A stretch of DNA of 64,000 bases from Bacteriovoracia bacterium (GCA_050246755.1 JBFWVL010000006.1:32001-96000); one strand, 5' to 3'; positions 27,254 through 37,810 are shown, counted from the first letter of the stretch. Numbers and translations are program-made. The notes: generated by a model from the sequence alone, not told the origin.

Positions 27254-28554
27254 ATAAACATTTTTTTCAACTGCTCTTTTTATCGGCCCCGCTCGTTTTT
27301 CTTCTAGGGGCGGCTCACGCAGAGGATTCTCCTGTTTCAATTCCGGAACTCCTCGTTAAAGCTTCATCTGGTCCCGAAGTTAAAGCAGCTCAGTCGTCGG
27401 CGAATGAGATGAAAAACAAAGAGGCTGCGACATGGCGACAGATTTATGTACCTAAGCTAAGCGCAGGAGTGAGTTATTCACATTTACTGAGCGATCAGTC
27501 GTTACAGCTGCCACCTCTTGGCGGGATGGCAATTCCTCCGATGAAGTTAGGGCCGGACTTTGCCTCTGGTTCCCTGAGTTTGAGCCAAGTTTTGTTTGAT
27601 CCAGCGAGCATGCTCTACAGCGCTCCGGCGACAAAACGTCTTGCAGAGGCAGCGGAATTAAGAGGCTCCCGGCAAGTGAAGGAAACTCAAAGCAAGGCCA
27701 TCGAACTTTATCTCCGCGCACTTGAGCTGAGGGCCAAACGAAAAGCATTGGAGAAGTACGCCGCGAACTTAAGTAGCCGCTTGCGCGAAATCCGCCGAAT
27801 CTACGAACTGGGAGGCCTCAGTGAGGGCGACCTTCTTAAAATCAAATTAGGTGTCGACGACGCCAATCAAGGAATCAGGGATTTGCAGAAAGGTGAGAGC
27901 TACCTTGCTCATATGATCGCGGCTATCGTCGATGCCAGCAAACCCGTTGTTCCCGCAGATCTGCCGGAAGAGCTCCCCACATCGGCTGCCTGTTCTGATG
28001 AAGCGAACGTCTCGAACCGAGAGGACATCCGGGCCATCGATCAGGAGGTTGAAGCTCTCAAGCTTTCTAAAAGCGGACAAAAGGCAGAGTATCTTCCGAA
28101 AGTTTATGGCTTCGTCCAGCACGGCTACACAAATACCGAACTTGTTTCCAAATCCAATTACGATTTGGTTGGCGTTCAGCTTTCATGGGCCCTTTTTGAC
28201 GGCGGAGTCGCCCTCGCAAATTCAAAAACGGCGGTGGATCAGCTGTATGCCTTAGAGCAAAAAAAGAATTTGGCTCTTTCGACTTCTCGCGCCGCCCTTT
28301 CGGATTCGGTGGCGGCTTTGCAGATTAAAAGACGGGAATACGAAGAAAGACGACAAAACATTTCAGATGCTCGAGTGGTATCTGAACTAGAATTTAAAAG
28401 GCTCAAGAACGGAAAAACGACCATCAACAATTTAATTGATGCAGAAGACATGCTGAAAGATCGCACGGAAAAAGCGAACCTATCGAAGGTCAGTTGGTAC
28501 CAGGCATGGTTCAGTTGTCAGCATGCATCTGGAGGAGCCTTGGCTGCGCCCTAA
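27250..28554 (+). CDS. TolC-family outer membrane efflux protein
   Basis: Signal peptide; YLPKV...VGVQLSWALFDGG. Confidence 0.9.
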   Translation: MNKHFFQLLFLSAPLVFLLGAAHAEDSPVSIPELLVKASSGPEVKAAQSSANEMKNKEAATWRQIYVPKLSAGVSYSHLLSDQSLQLPPLGGMAIPPMKLGPDFASGSLSLSQVLFDPASMLYSAPATKRLAEAAELRGSRQVKETQSKAIELYLRALELRAKRKALEKYAANLSSRLREIRRIYELGGLSEGDLLKIKLGVDDANQGIRDLQKGESYLAHMIAAIVDASKPVVPADLPEELPTSAACSDEANVSNREDIRAIDQEVEALKLSKSGQKAEYLPKVYGFVQHGYTNTELVSKSNYDLVGVQLSWALFDGGVALANSKTAVDQLYALEQKKNLALSTSRAALSDSVAALQIKRREYEERRQNISDARVVSELEFKRLKNGKTTINNLIDAEDMLKDRTEKANLSKVSWYQAWFSCQHASGGALAAP

Positions 28555-28722
28555 AAAAAACGGAGGAGATCGTAAAAATCATTACTTCTCATCTTTGAGA
28601 ACGGCCGGAACGTTGAACATGACGAATTGTGCCTTTGCGGCAATTTCAGGGCCGTAGTGTGTAATCAACCGATAGACTTTGACGTTTCTGGGAAAACCGG
28701 TCCAAAACGGCAATCTAGGATA

Positions 28723-29130
28723 CTACTGGGCGCTGTTGGCCCCCGTCTCGTCTGCAGGCTCTTCCGTCGTAGGATGCTCACCGCTGGCTCTACTAGTACG
28801 AATTGGCTTTAAATAGGCTCCAGATTCTTGAATAAACTGCACATCGCAATTCTTCCGGATAAGCACGTTCCCGAAAGCGGCGAGAAGCCCGGTATCAGTC
28901 ACGGAAAAGAACGGAACCGCCATAAGGTTTTCATTACCCTTATAAATCTCCGCCGGCCTTACGTGCAAAAAGCACTTTTTTGCGCCGTCTCCCGGGAAGC
29001 AAGAAAGATCTTTTTTCATTAATGCCTTCTCGGCAATTTGCTTCGCCTTATATTCGTCACAGGCAAAGGCGTTCATGGGAGCAAAAGTAAACGCAAGCAA
29101 TGCATAAAGAATTAATTTAGAAACGGTCAT
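28723..29130 (-). CDS. Secreted Cys-containing hypothetical protein
   Basis: Signal peptide ending AFA; GGAGG RBS. Confidence 0.7.
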   Translation of the reverse strand: MTVSKLILYALLAFTFAPMNAFACDEYKAKQIAEKALMKKDLSCFPGDGAKKCFLHVRPAEIYKGNENLMAVPFFSVTDTGLLAAFGNVLIRKNCDVQFIQESGAYLKPIRTSRASGEHPTTEEPADETGANSAQ

Positions 29131-29402
29131 AGGCGCCTCCCGCGGTGAGCCCGCATAACTTTTAAAGTGTGTCCTTGTTTATATCGGCGCACTATGTGGG
29201 TTTCATTAATTTGGTTCTGCAGAAAACCGTGAGTTAAATTGGAATCGTGCCACCGCCCTCCGGTGGTTTAAGCCGCCTTTGATATTCTGGCCGATCCGGA
29301 AATCAGTTCGATTTTAAGCGCCACTTAGGTTTTTGAGATGGGGGTTCGCTTAAAATCCTAAAATAAATTAAAGGCTTAGCTTCATTATTGCGATAGTGAC
29401 TC

Positions 29403-30848
29403 ATGCGGCCATTTGCTTTGAGCGCACAATCCCTGTTCTCGCGTATCTTGCTGCTTTGGATTCTCTCGTTTCAGGCTGCTTTAGCGGTTGGAACCGTAGA
29501 CGAACTCCCCGCGCCTTTGCAGGATTTTATTGCCGTGGAGCAAGGACGAATGTCTCGCGCGGTAGATACCAGCAAACTGGTGTCTCCTAACCTATCAAAC
29601 CAAGACCCTCTGTTTGCGCCCGAATCCAGGGGCATATTTAAAGTGAAAACGTATTGGATCGACGAAAGCAAGTTTGATCATTTTCAAGCCGAAGCAATCA
29701 GCCCGGGCGTTCGCGATAGCGTCACCCGAAAAGGAGAAGACGGCAAACGGCAGATCCGCTTAATCGTTCACCCAGAATCTAAAGATTTTTACCAAGAGTT
29801 TCTCAAAAATGCTCAGCCCGGAGAGGATCTTTGGGCCACCGCAACCTCTTCCTCGCGCACCGTCGTTGTGTGGAATGAAAACACCAAACCATTTTTTGCA
29901 AAACTTAGTCTTGATCGCAAAATAGGAGGCGCAAAGCGCACTCTCCCATTGTCGGAGGTTCCGCGATCCCTAGGAACGATGGCCATTCTCGATGCTTCCC
30001 GCGATTCTTTGCCTTCAACGTTTCACTTTTTTCCGGAAACTTTTGGAATTCATCCGGCAGAGATGGCGAGAGGAGGAATGATTATTCGCGAAATTCCTGC
30101 TGAACTTCTATCTGGCGAAAAAAAATACATCCCGCTTTTCTCTCTTTACGCGGCCCCGCCCGAAGGCCCAAAGCCCTATCTCTTGGAAATGATCCAAAAA
30201 AGCGGACAAATGCCGAGCGAATTCATTCACGAGCGAATTATCGCGCCATTCGCGAAGCAATGGGTAGATCTAGCCCTTAACCAAGGGATAACGGTTGAGG
30301 CCCATGCGCAGAATACACTGATTGAATTAGGCCGCGATGGCTTGCCTAACGGAAACTATATGTTTAGAGACCTTGCCGGTTTCGACATAGATATAAATTA
30401 CAGAAAAAAGCTTGGCCTGCCTCTCCCGGAAAAACTTCCGGTGATCGGCAGCTTTACGGACGAATACCACCAGAGGGAGATCTCGGGTGCTCTAAAGCGA
30501 AGCCTCTATAATCACTATGGCGGGGGCTTTCTCTATAACCTGGATAAAAGCATCATCGATTGGGAACGCGCGGGAATGCTGCCCGATGAATTTTTGGGTA
30601 AGGAATCGTTCACCCGGATGCTGATCCGTGAACTAAAAGTAAGCTACGAAAAAGAAACCGGAATTAAAATGGGGCCCATCTCTAGCTTAAAAAATTTTGG
30701 GCCCTATATCAAAAAAGCAAAAGCGAAGAAGATCTCGGCCTTAACGCCCGAGAAAGGCGGGATCTCCTTGGGCTGTTCCTCGATGTTCGGTCGGTTAAGA
30801 AGTTTTTTTACTGAAGGGCCCACCGGCATAAAAAACCTCTCGGAATAG
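29403..30848 (+). CDS. IucA/IucC (NIS-synthetase)-like protein with signal peptide
   Basis: IVHP, ATSSSRTV, FAKLSL, EAHAQNTLI and FRDL motifs; hydrophobic N-terminus ending ALA. Confidence 0.75.
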   Translation: MRPFALSAQSLFSRILLLWILSFQAALAVGTVDELPAPLQDFIAVEQGRMSRAVDTSKLVSPNLSNQDPLFAPESRGIFKVKTYWIDESKFDHFQAEAISPGVRDSVTRKGEDGKRQIRLIVHPESKDFYQEFLKNAQPGEDLWATATSSSRTVVVWNENTKPFFAKLSLDRKIGGAKRTLPLSEVPRSLGTMAILDASRDSLPSTFHFFPETFGIHPAEMARGGMIIREIPAELLSGEKKYIPLFSLYAAPPEGPKPYLLEMIQKSGQMPSEFIHERIIAPFAKQWVDLALNQGITVEAHAQNTLIELGRDGLPNGNYMFRDLAGFDIDINYRKKLGLPLPEKLPVIGSFTDEYHQREISGALKRSLYNHYGGGFLYNLDKSIIDWERAGMLPDEFLGKESFTRMLIRELKVSYEKETGIKMGPISSLKNFGPYIKKAKAKKISALTPEKGGISLGCSSMFGRLRSFFTEGPTGIKNLSE

Positions 30849-30996
30849 CCATTGCTCCCAGCATACTTTTTGAAGCACTAGTCATAAAAATCCAGAGGAA
30901 GCATAGGGGGAGATCGATCCTGCCTTGGCAAATCAACTCTTCCGTCTCCGCCGGTATTCATTTAAACTAGCGGCAAGTACGGAGTGGCTCGATAGT

Positions 30997-31704
30997 ATGG
31001 CACGCGTAGAATTCGATTATTTTTCTCCCAATGAGCTCGCCGAAAATCTCTGGGAAGTTCGCGGCAAATGGTCCAATAAACTCGGGCGGAGGATGACCGT
31101 GATTCGATTGAGCGGCAATCGCTTGGTTCTTCATAGCTCGATCCAGCTCGAAGAAAGCGAATTGGCCTGGCTGCAGTCTTTAGGCGCTCCCTCTTTTATC
31201 GTGGCCCCTAATATTTTTCACTGTTCGGATGCGGACTGGATGGCCAAAAAATTTCCCGCCGCCGAAGTGTTCGTGCCCGCTTCAAAATTAGCCGAATTTA
31301 CAAAAAAGGGCTTCCAGCCTAAAGACGTGAATTCGCAATTTCCTGCGCTTCTTGCCAATGAGCTTAAGTGCATTCCGATGCGCGGAACGAGGATCGACGA
31401 AGCGGCGTTTCTTCACGTTCCTTCCAAGACCCTTATTCTGTGCGACCTGGCCTTCAATATGGACGACGTATTCTCTGGCCTGGAAAAGTGGGTGATGAAA
31501 TGGAATAGGGTTGGCGGGCATTTCGGCCCGAGCCGCATTACAAAATGGCTATTCGCTAAAAACCAGCGAGCTCTCGTTGAGTCGTATGAGGAGCTTCTGA
31601 ATCATGACTTCGATCGCGTGATCGTCAATCACGGGGAAGTGCTGGATTCCGGTGGGCGAGAGAAACTACGCAGTGGTGTAGAGCTCATTTTCGGGAAGAT
31701 CTAG
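30997..31704 (+). CDS. DUF4336 (metallo-beta-lactamase-like) protein
   Basis: RMTVIRL..LVLHS, APNIFH, EAAFLH..KTLILCD, FDRVIVNHG. Confidence 0.8.
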   Translation: MARVEFDYFSPNELAENLWEVRGKWSNKLGRRMTVIRLSGNRLVLHSSIQLEESELAWLQSLGAPSFIVAPNIFHCSDADWMAKKFPAAEVFVPASKLAEFTKKGFQPKDVNSQFPALLANELKCIPMRGTRIDEAAFLHVPSKTLILCDLAFNMDDVFSGLEKWVMKWNRVGGHFGPSRITKWLFAKNQRALVESYEELLNHDFDRVIVNHGEVLDSGGREKLRSGVELIFGKI

Positions 31705-31724
31705 CTGGCGGTTGGCCGATCTAT

Positions 31725-33410
31725 TCAGTCCGCACTCACTAATTCATAGATCACCGTAGAAATAGGATTTAGCGGCAGGCGCACGGCTTCGCGCATCGTG
31801 TAGCGAAGCTCCAACTGCTTACGCATTAGTTCGATTTCCTGGGCGGGTACTTCGGTGCCGGTATGAATCCAAAAAATCTTTCCGATCGCGCCCTGGGCTT
31901 TAAGCTCTCCCAGCTCTTGTTCGTGCTCCAGAAAAAAATCCAAATCCACGGCGGCTTTTCCTAAAGAGAGGAGGAATTCCGACGGGTGAAAAATATAGAG
32001 CGCTTTGGGTTCCTTCGCGCGGGGATCGGTGAGCATAAAATCGTGCAGGCTTGCGCCGGCTAAAGTGGCGAGAGATTCGGGCAAAATTTTCGCTTTCCAG
32101 GCGGATTTTGCCTGCATGGCAAAGGTAAGCAGCGCGATCGCCAGGAGGGCACCGGCAAGCTTTTTTCCCGGAAAACAATATAGCAAGAGCAGCGGCGCCA
32201 ATGCCATAGCAAGCGAGGATAGCAAGAATAGGCGGGCACTCTCGAAGGCAATGGGGTTTCCGTTGAAGAAGGCCAAGGTAAGGGCTAAGGAAAAACTGGT
32301 GGCGATCGCGAGGAAGCCGGCGAATGCGTTCTTTTTTCGCTGGTAAAGCGTGAGGAGGATCGCGGCCGCGGCCAGAAGGTTAAGGGTGCCTTGATAAACG
32401 GAGGACGAGGGTAAAAAGAAGTTTTTCAGAAAGGTGATACCGTTTGTAAAAAAGTAAGAAGGATGAAAAACCGATTGATCCCCTGCTTCCACGAAAGATC
32501 CGGAAGCATTGATCACCACGAGGAGCAGGGGAAGGAGTAGGGTGGGAACGGGGGCGAGGTAGTTTAGTAGTGTGCGGATCGGAAGATCGGCTTTCGCCGC
32601 GCGCCACGCCGAAAAAGGAAGGAGAATGGCAAAAATTCCTATCACTTCGTACCTCGTGTAGGAGGCGATGAGGCCCATGAGGAGGAAGCTCGCGAAAGTT
32701 CTCGTGGAGGGTTGGCGCCAGTGAGAGGCTGCCGCCCAAGCCAGGGCCAGAACGGCGCAGCTCGCGAGTAAGTCCATGGAGCCGGAAGTACCTTGCCAAA
32801 AGAGCAGGGGCGCGCTCGATAGGAGCAGTAGGGAAGAAAAGGCTCCCGCGGCGCCGAGAGACGTAAAGACCAGGCAAAAAGTAGAATAGAGGAGGGTGGC
32901 GAGGAGGACGGTGTTCACGCGAGGCGGGTTTGCTTCAGAGGCCCCGAAGGCGATGTGAGACAAACTCACCGCGAAGGGATAGAGCGGGGGGCGGCGGCCG
33001 AGGCGAAAAAAAATCGGCATCACCTCTCCCGGATTAGGGCCGGGCAGAGCCATCGCGGGCGTGAGGGCGGTTTGGCGAAAACGCATGGAAAGGGAAGTAT
33101 CGTAGAGCTCGGCTTCATCCCACTGCACACGCATTCCCGGTTCGAAAATTTGGTTGCTGAAGTAGGCGAGACCGATAGCGCAGAGAGCGCCGAGAAGATA
33201 GAGGGCCGCCGCTCGGGGAGATTCCGGAAAATTTTTGGGCGTCGTTAAAAATAGCCCCACGCAGGCAAGGGATAGAAGGGCCGCGATCCAATAGAGCGAC
33301 ATTCCTAAAAGTTCGAATTGAGTGTCGGGCGTGCAGCGTCGGAGGGCGCTCAGCAATACGAGCGGGGCGATAAGGCCCAGGAAAGGAATGACCCGGTGTT
33401 TCAGCGGCAT
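31725..33410 (-). CDS. Polytopic membrane protein, GT-C (PMT/ArnT-like) glycosyltransferase
   Basis: WDE in first loop, RPPLYP, TRYE, many TM helices. Confidence 0.65.
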   Translation of the reverse strand: MPLKHRVIPFLGLIAPLVLLSALRRCTPDTQFELLGMSLYWIAALLSLACVGLFLTTPKNFPESPRAAALYLLGALCAIGLAYFSNQIFEPGMRVQWDEAELYDTSLSMRFRQTALTPAMALPGPNPGEVMPIFFRLGRRPPLYPFAVSLSHIAFGASEANPPRVNTVLLATLLYSTFCLVFTSLGAAGAFSSLLLLSSAPLLFWQGTSGSMDLLASCAVLALAWAAASHWRQPSTRTFASFLLMGLIASYTRYEVIGIFAILLPFSAWRAAKADLPIRTLLNYLAPVPTLLLPLLLVVINASGSFVEAGDQSVFHPSYFFTNGITFLKNFFLPSSSVYQGTLNLLAAAAILLTLYQRKKNAFAGFLAIATSFSLALTLAFFNGNPIAFESARLFLLSSLAMALAPLLLLYCFPGKKLAGALLAIALLTFAMQAKSAWKAKILPESLATLAGASLHDFMLTDPRAKEPKALYIFHPSEFLLSLGKAAVDLDFFLEHEQELGELKAQGAIGKIFWIHTGTEVPAQEIELMRKQLELRYTMREAVRLPLNPISTVIYELVSAD

Positions 33411-33464
33411 AGCTAATCGTAAACGCGGTGCGGAAGCAAAGCAAAAAAACACGAAGTTTTATAT

Positions 33465-33480
33465 GCAACTAAATGGTTGC
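33465..33480. promoter_or_regulatory. ArsR-type operator
   Basis: GCAAC-TAAATG-GTTGC palindrome upstream of the SRPBCC-ArsR pair. Confidence 0.6.
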
Positions 33481-33523
33481 CTTTTGGAGATTTGGTGTTT
33501 ATCGTCGTTTTAAGAGGTGATTC

Positions 33524-33976
33524 ATGAATGATCGCATCGAGAAAAAAATTGAACTGAACGCTCCCGTCGCCCGCGTATGGTGCGCGCTCACGAACCATAT
33601 TGAGTTTGGCCAGTGGTTTCGGGTGCGGCTCGATCGCTCGTTCTCTCCGGGCCAGATCACCCGCGGGAATATCCTTTACCCGGGCTACGAACACTTAACG
33701 TGGGAGGTGAAGGTGTTAAAGATGGAGCGAGAAAAACTCTTTTCCTTTACCTGGCACCCCTATGCCGTGGATCCCAAGAAGGATTATTCCAAGGAGGAGC
33801 CTACCCTCGTGGAGTTTCACCTAGAGAAAAAGGGGGAAGGCACTTTGCTTACCGTAACGGAATCGGGATTTTCCAAAATTCCGCCGGAGCGAAGGGAAGA
33901 AGCGTTCCGCATGAACGAAGGCGGTTGGGCCGCGCAGGTGAAAAATGTGGAGCAGTACCTTGCGCAGAACTCGTAG
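33524..33976 (+). CDS. SRPBCC/AHSA1 domain protein
   Basis: APVARVWCALT, FSFTWHPY, LTVTESGF, NEGGW. Confidence 0.9.
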   Translation: MNDRIEKKIELNAPVARVWCALTNHIEFGQWFRVRLDRSFSPGQITRGNILYPGYEHLTWEVKVLKMEREKLFSFTWHPYAVDPKKDYSKEEPTLVEFHLEKKGEGTLLTVTESGFSKIPPERREEAFRMNEGGWAAQVKNVEQYLAQNS

Positions 33977-34301
33977 TGGTGCGGCCCTTAAGCGTGACCC
34001 TTCCGGCTTGTTCGCGGCGCTCGGAGACTCGACTCGTCTTTCGCTCGTGGAGAAGTTGGCAGACGGAGAGAGCAAATCCATTTCGGAGCTCACCGAGGGA
34101 ACGAAGCTCACCCGGCAGGCCGTTACTAAGCACCTGCGCGTGCTGGAGGGCGCGGGGGTGGTGCATAGCGTGAAGGCAGGGAGGGAAAACCATTTCGAAT
34201 TCCGGCCGCAGCCGATTCTCGAGCTTTCCGCATACTTGGAAAAAGTCGCGGGCCAGTGGGATGAGGCCCTGCTGCGCCTCAAGGCGTTCGTAGAAAGTTA
34301 G
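33945..34301 (+). CDS. ArsR/SmtB family regulator
   Basis: FAALGDSTR...TRQAVTKHLRVLEGAGVV...GRE; start uncertain. Confidence 0.9.
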   Translation: MWSSTLRRTRSGAALKRDPSGLFAALGDSTRLSLVEKLADGESKSISELTEGTKLTRQAVTKHLRVLEGAGVVHSVKAGRENHFEFRPQPILELSAYLEKVAGQWDEALLRLKAFVES

Positions 34302-34575
34302 TTTTTTTCGCGCGGAAAATATGCGCTTGATAAAATTTGCCGGAAGGATCGAGGCGGGATTCCAGGCAGGCATCGTATTCTTGGTTGGCTTGCAGTGAAG
34401 CGAAAACCGGTGAAGCCGCGTCCACGCAAACGGTCTCTACGTTTTGTAGCACCAATCCAGAAGGGCAGCCCAATTCTGCTCGAATACTAACGCGTATTTC
34501 GGTGCCTTCTTCGCAAGCCGAGGCAGGAGCTTGAGTGGACAAAAGGCCGGCAAGAAGACAAATAAGGTATTTCAT
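34279..34575 (-). CDS. Small secreted hypothetical protein
   Basis: Signal peptide ending ASA; four Cys in the mature part. Confidence 0.6.
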   Translation of the reverse strand: MKYLICLLAGLLSTQAPASACEEGTEIRVSIRAELGCPSGLVLQNVETVCVDAASPVFASLQANQEYDACLESRLDPSGKFYQAHIFRAKKTNFLRTP

Positions 34576-34675
34576 GAATGGGCGAGTATAGCGCTACGCG
34601 TTACGACCCGCAAGGACTCAGGGCAAAGTAACTTGTCTCTAACTATTTGATTTTACTGATAATTAATAACCGAGC

Positions 34676-35797
34676 CTAGTGTCGGATTCCCATATTGAAG
34701 TCTGCGTCCCGTTTCGGCCTCTGGTTGAGCCGTTTCTCTAGTGTTCGAGCTCTCCAGCGAAAGGGAGCCGCCAGCCAAGATTTTTCCACGAGGTTGCGGC
34801 TCTCGGCTCCGGTTTTGCGCTCGTGAGACTGCCCAACCGGCATGAGGCCAGCCAGTGCTTGCATGATCCGCGCGAAGGTTTCGGGAAAGATGGCCGCCAA
34901 AATATTCCGCGCCCTCGCCGGAACAGAGGGCGTTAAATCCGTGCGGCGTTCCCGGGCGGCTTCCACGATTTTTTTCGCGGCGCTCTCGGCGGAAAGAGAA
35001 ATTCCGGGAAATACGTCGGAAATGGCGAACCACGCGTATTCCTTTTCATGGTCTCCCTTGAATACGGCCTGAATCGGGGAGCCGGTACGCATCACCGTAG
35101 GATAGACCGTCGTTACCGAAATACCGTCGGCGGCGAGCTCCGCCATCAATCCCTGGGAGAATCCCGCCAAGGCAAACTTCGAGGCGTCGTAGGGCAGCAT
35201 ATGCGGCACGGCCACCTTTCCGCCCATGGAACAGATATTCACGATGCGTCTTCCTTCGCTTTGGTAGAGAGAGGGCAGTGCAAGCTGCACGGCTTCGATT
35301 ACGGCGTAGAGATGGAGACGCATCTGCGCTTCAAAATCTTCGGTTACCATGCTCTCGAAAGGCCCGACGCTGATGGCGCCCGCGTTATTGATCAACATAT
35401 CGATCCCGCCGTAGGTGGCCTCGATTTTATTGAAGGCCGTCAGCAGTGGGTCGGACTCTGTTACGTCGCAAGCGAGAATTAAAATTTCGGTGCCGGGGTA
35501 AGCATCCCGCACCATTTTAGCGGCCCGCTCGAGCTCTCCGAGATCGCGTGCGATCAGGGTAAGGCGCGCACCTTCGCTCGCGAGCTGTTTGGCCAGAGCG
35601 AGGCCCAGGCCGCGGGATCCGCCGGTGATCACCACCGATTGCCGGTAGAAAGAATCCTTGTTTTTGGCGCCGCCAAAATAAACGGCGCCGGCCGAGCAGG
35701 CCAAGCCGGCGGCGAGTTTTTTTCGCCCCAGCAGCGCCGCGAACGTGGCGCCGATTCCCAATGCTAAACTTAGTTCATTTCTCATCGCCTTATTCAT
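34676..35797 (-). CDS. SDR oxidoreductase
   Basis: TGGSRGLG, NNAG, YDASK; GGGAG RBS before ATG 35797. Confidence 0.9.
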   Translation of the reverse strand: MNKAMRNELSLALGIGATFAALLGRKKLAAGLACSAGAVYFGGAKNKDSFYRQSVVITGGSRGLGLALAKQLASEGARLTLIARDLGELERAAKMVRDAYPGTEILILACDVTESDPLLTAFNKIEATYGGIDMLINNAGAISVGPFESMVTEDFEAQMRLHLYAVIEAVQLALPSLYQSEGRRIVNICSMGGKVAVPHMLPYDASKFALAGFSQGLMAELAADGISVTTVYPTVMRTGSPIQAVFKGDHEKEYAWFAISDVFPGISLSAESAAKKIVEAARERRTDLTPSVPARARNILAAIFPETFARIMQALAGLMPVGQSHERKTGAESRNLVEKSWLAAPFRWRARTLEKRLNQRPKRDADFNMGIRH

Positions 35798-35980
35798 GGA
35801 AAATCTCCCCGGGTTTATGTGCCGCAAATGGGAGTAGCAAGAAGAGGCCCGAATTGGAGAAGTGCGGCGAATTAACCTATTTTATTGGGACTGCCGGCAC
35901 AACCAAAGCTCAACGCGCGTTTCACGGTCTGGCTTTGCTCGAGATGGATAGGATAGAAGCAGCAATGCCGAAGGCGCCGG

Positions 35981-37810
35981 CTAAAATTTTGGCGCGCGAG
36001 CCCATTTTTTATTCTTACCCGCCGCAGGTGGCTTCGCGTCTTGGTAGTCCAGGGCCGCGAAAAGCATTTCCTGGTTATCGGGATCTGGGCCTTGGGACAC
36101 CGCCACGTTTGTGTCTATTTTATTCGGGTTGGTATCCGAGTTATCGTACACACCGGTAAGGCGCAATGTAGTTCCTGCTTTGATACGCACGAAAGGCTTG
36201 AGGATATAGGATTTATTCGAATTGTAGACGAACTTAGGAATCGAAAAAACTCTTGTTTCTTCGCCATCTGGATTGATTGCCGATAAGGTAATTTTCTGCC
36301 CGCGTTTATGCATGTGGAGCATCACGCGAACTAATTCGATATCGCGGGTGACTTTCTTTTCTTGGTGTAGCGTGAAGTTTTTCGCGCCAGGAGGAATAGT
36401 GAACCCGTTCTCGAAGATAAATAAGTGCTTTACCTCGGTTAAATTACGAGGGTCTCCCAGTTGTAGCTTGATCTTGGTCGTAATTTCCGAGTCTTTTCCG
36501 CTCGGGAGGAGGTGCTGCTCCATGTAGATGAAATGTCCCTTGGGTATTTTAAAGGCTGACCCAAGGGGAAGGTATTCCGGTTGGTAGCTGTTGGGACGTA
36601 AATAAATTACCGAGGAATCGTCTCCCTCGCCGACCTCCATATTAGCGAGACCATTTCCCGAAAGATCCTGATTTTTCTTCGTTACGATGAGCTTTAGGTG
36701 ATGGATGAATGCCGTATTGCTGAACTCTCGCTCGTGGGCAGTGATCCAGAGGTCTTTCGGGGCCACGCCGAGAAATGAACGCACATAGGGGCCTTGGCCG
36801 GGCCGCGGAGATTTTACGGTGATTGGTCCGAGCACGTAGTCGGTGCGGATGGGAGGCAGGATCGTGTACTTGAGTGGGGGAAGCACGCGGCCTTTGCCTT
36901 CTTGCGCCCCAGAGTCGACCCATTTCACCAAAATTCCTTTTTCCTCGGTAGTGAGGGAGGAGTCGTAGAGAAAGCCGGCAAAATAGGGATCGGGGTGTTC
37001 CAGGGGCATGCGGTGGTTGCGGATCACTTCGCGGATCATGGCGGCCCAGCCCCGCGCGTCCTTGAAGGTGCCTAAATTTTGCGGCGGGCTCCCGCCAGGG
37101 CGGTGGCAGTTCAGGCACTTGGCCTGGAGGATGGGCGCCACGTGATCGTAGTAGGTAATGGTTTTGGGCCAGCCTAGCCGTGAAATCGCGCAGCCCATGG
37201 TCTCGGTTTTGGCTTGGCGGATATTTCTATTAGCCAAAAAATCATCGAGGGCATTTCCCAAATATTCATGCTTAGCGGCGAGCTTGGTATCGGTATAGCT
37301 CATCCGATCGTCGATCGCGCCGCGGTAGACGATTTGCCAATTTTTAGTTTCTACGATCACGGCTTCGGCCGTGCGATCAAAATTTAGAGCGTCCGCTACG
37401 ATCTGGCTTTGGTCGAGGAGGATGGGAAGTTTAATCCCAAATTCTTTAGCGTGCTTTACGATATCGGCGCGTTCATCCTGCACGTTGCTGTTCACGAGCA
37501 CGAACTGGATTTTTTTATCTTGGTATTTTTCGGCTAGGGATTGAACTTTCGGCAAGCTTTTCTCAACGATGGGGCACCCGATTCCGGTTGAGATGAAAAC
37601 GATGGCCTTGGATTCGGCAAGTTTTGCGCCCCGGTAGAGCTCGAACATATCTCCGTGGTGATCGAGAAGCGAAAAATCTTCCAGGGGCTTGGGATGAACG
37701 GAACTAAGAGAGCCTCGATGGCTGGCAAAAAAGAAAGCGGCGGCAAGGCCGGCGCTAAGAAATAGGATCGCCGAGGCGCCAATGACTTTATTTCTGAAGT
37801 GCGAGGTCAC
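35981..37810 (-). CDS. Redoxin + cytochrome c + copper monooxygenase (PHM-like) fusion protein
   Basis: GCP..YRGAIDD..GCAI redoxin; CLNCH heme site; HH, HMH and QEM copper-ligand motifs. Confidence 0.8.
   Translation of the reverse strand: MTSHFRNKVIGASAILFLSAGLAAAFFFASHRGSLSSVHPKPLEDFSLLDHHGDMFELYRGAKLAESKAIVFISTGIGCPIVEKSLPKVQSLAEKYQDKKIQFVLVNSNVQDERADIVKHAKEFGIKLPILLDQSQIVADALNFDRTAEAVIVETKNWQIVYRGAIDDRMSYTDTKLAAKHEYLGNALDDFLANRNIRQAKTETMGCAISRLGWPKTITYYDHVAPILQAKCLNCHRPGGSPPQNLGTFKDARGWAAMIREVIRNHRMPLEHPDPYFAGFLYDSSLTTEEKGILVKWVDSGAQEGKGRVLPPLKYTILPPIRTDYVLGPITVKSPRPGQGPYVRSFLGVAPKDLWITAHEREFSNTAFIHHLKLIVTKKNQDLSGNGLANMEVGEGDDSSVIYLRPNSYQPEYLPLGSAFKIPKGHFIYMEQHLLPSGKDSEITTKIKLQLGDPRNLTEVKHLFIFENGFTIPPGAKNFTLHQEKKVTRDIELVRVMLHMHKRGQKITLSAINPDGEETRVFSIPKFVYNSNKSYILKPFVRIKAGTTLRLTGVYDNSDTNPNKIDTNVAVSQGPDPDNQEMLFAALDYQDAKPPAAGKNKKWARAPKF

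Noticed and set aside
34639-34652. CTAACTATTTGA shared with ~20717 as a possible att direct repeat bounding a 14-kb island
   Set aside because: Both copies fit the IHF-type consensus and their flanks do not match, so this is insufficient as a boundary.
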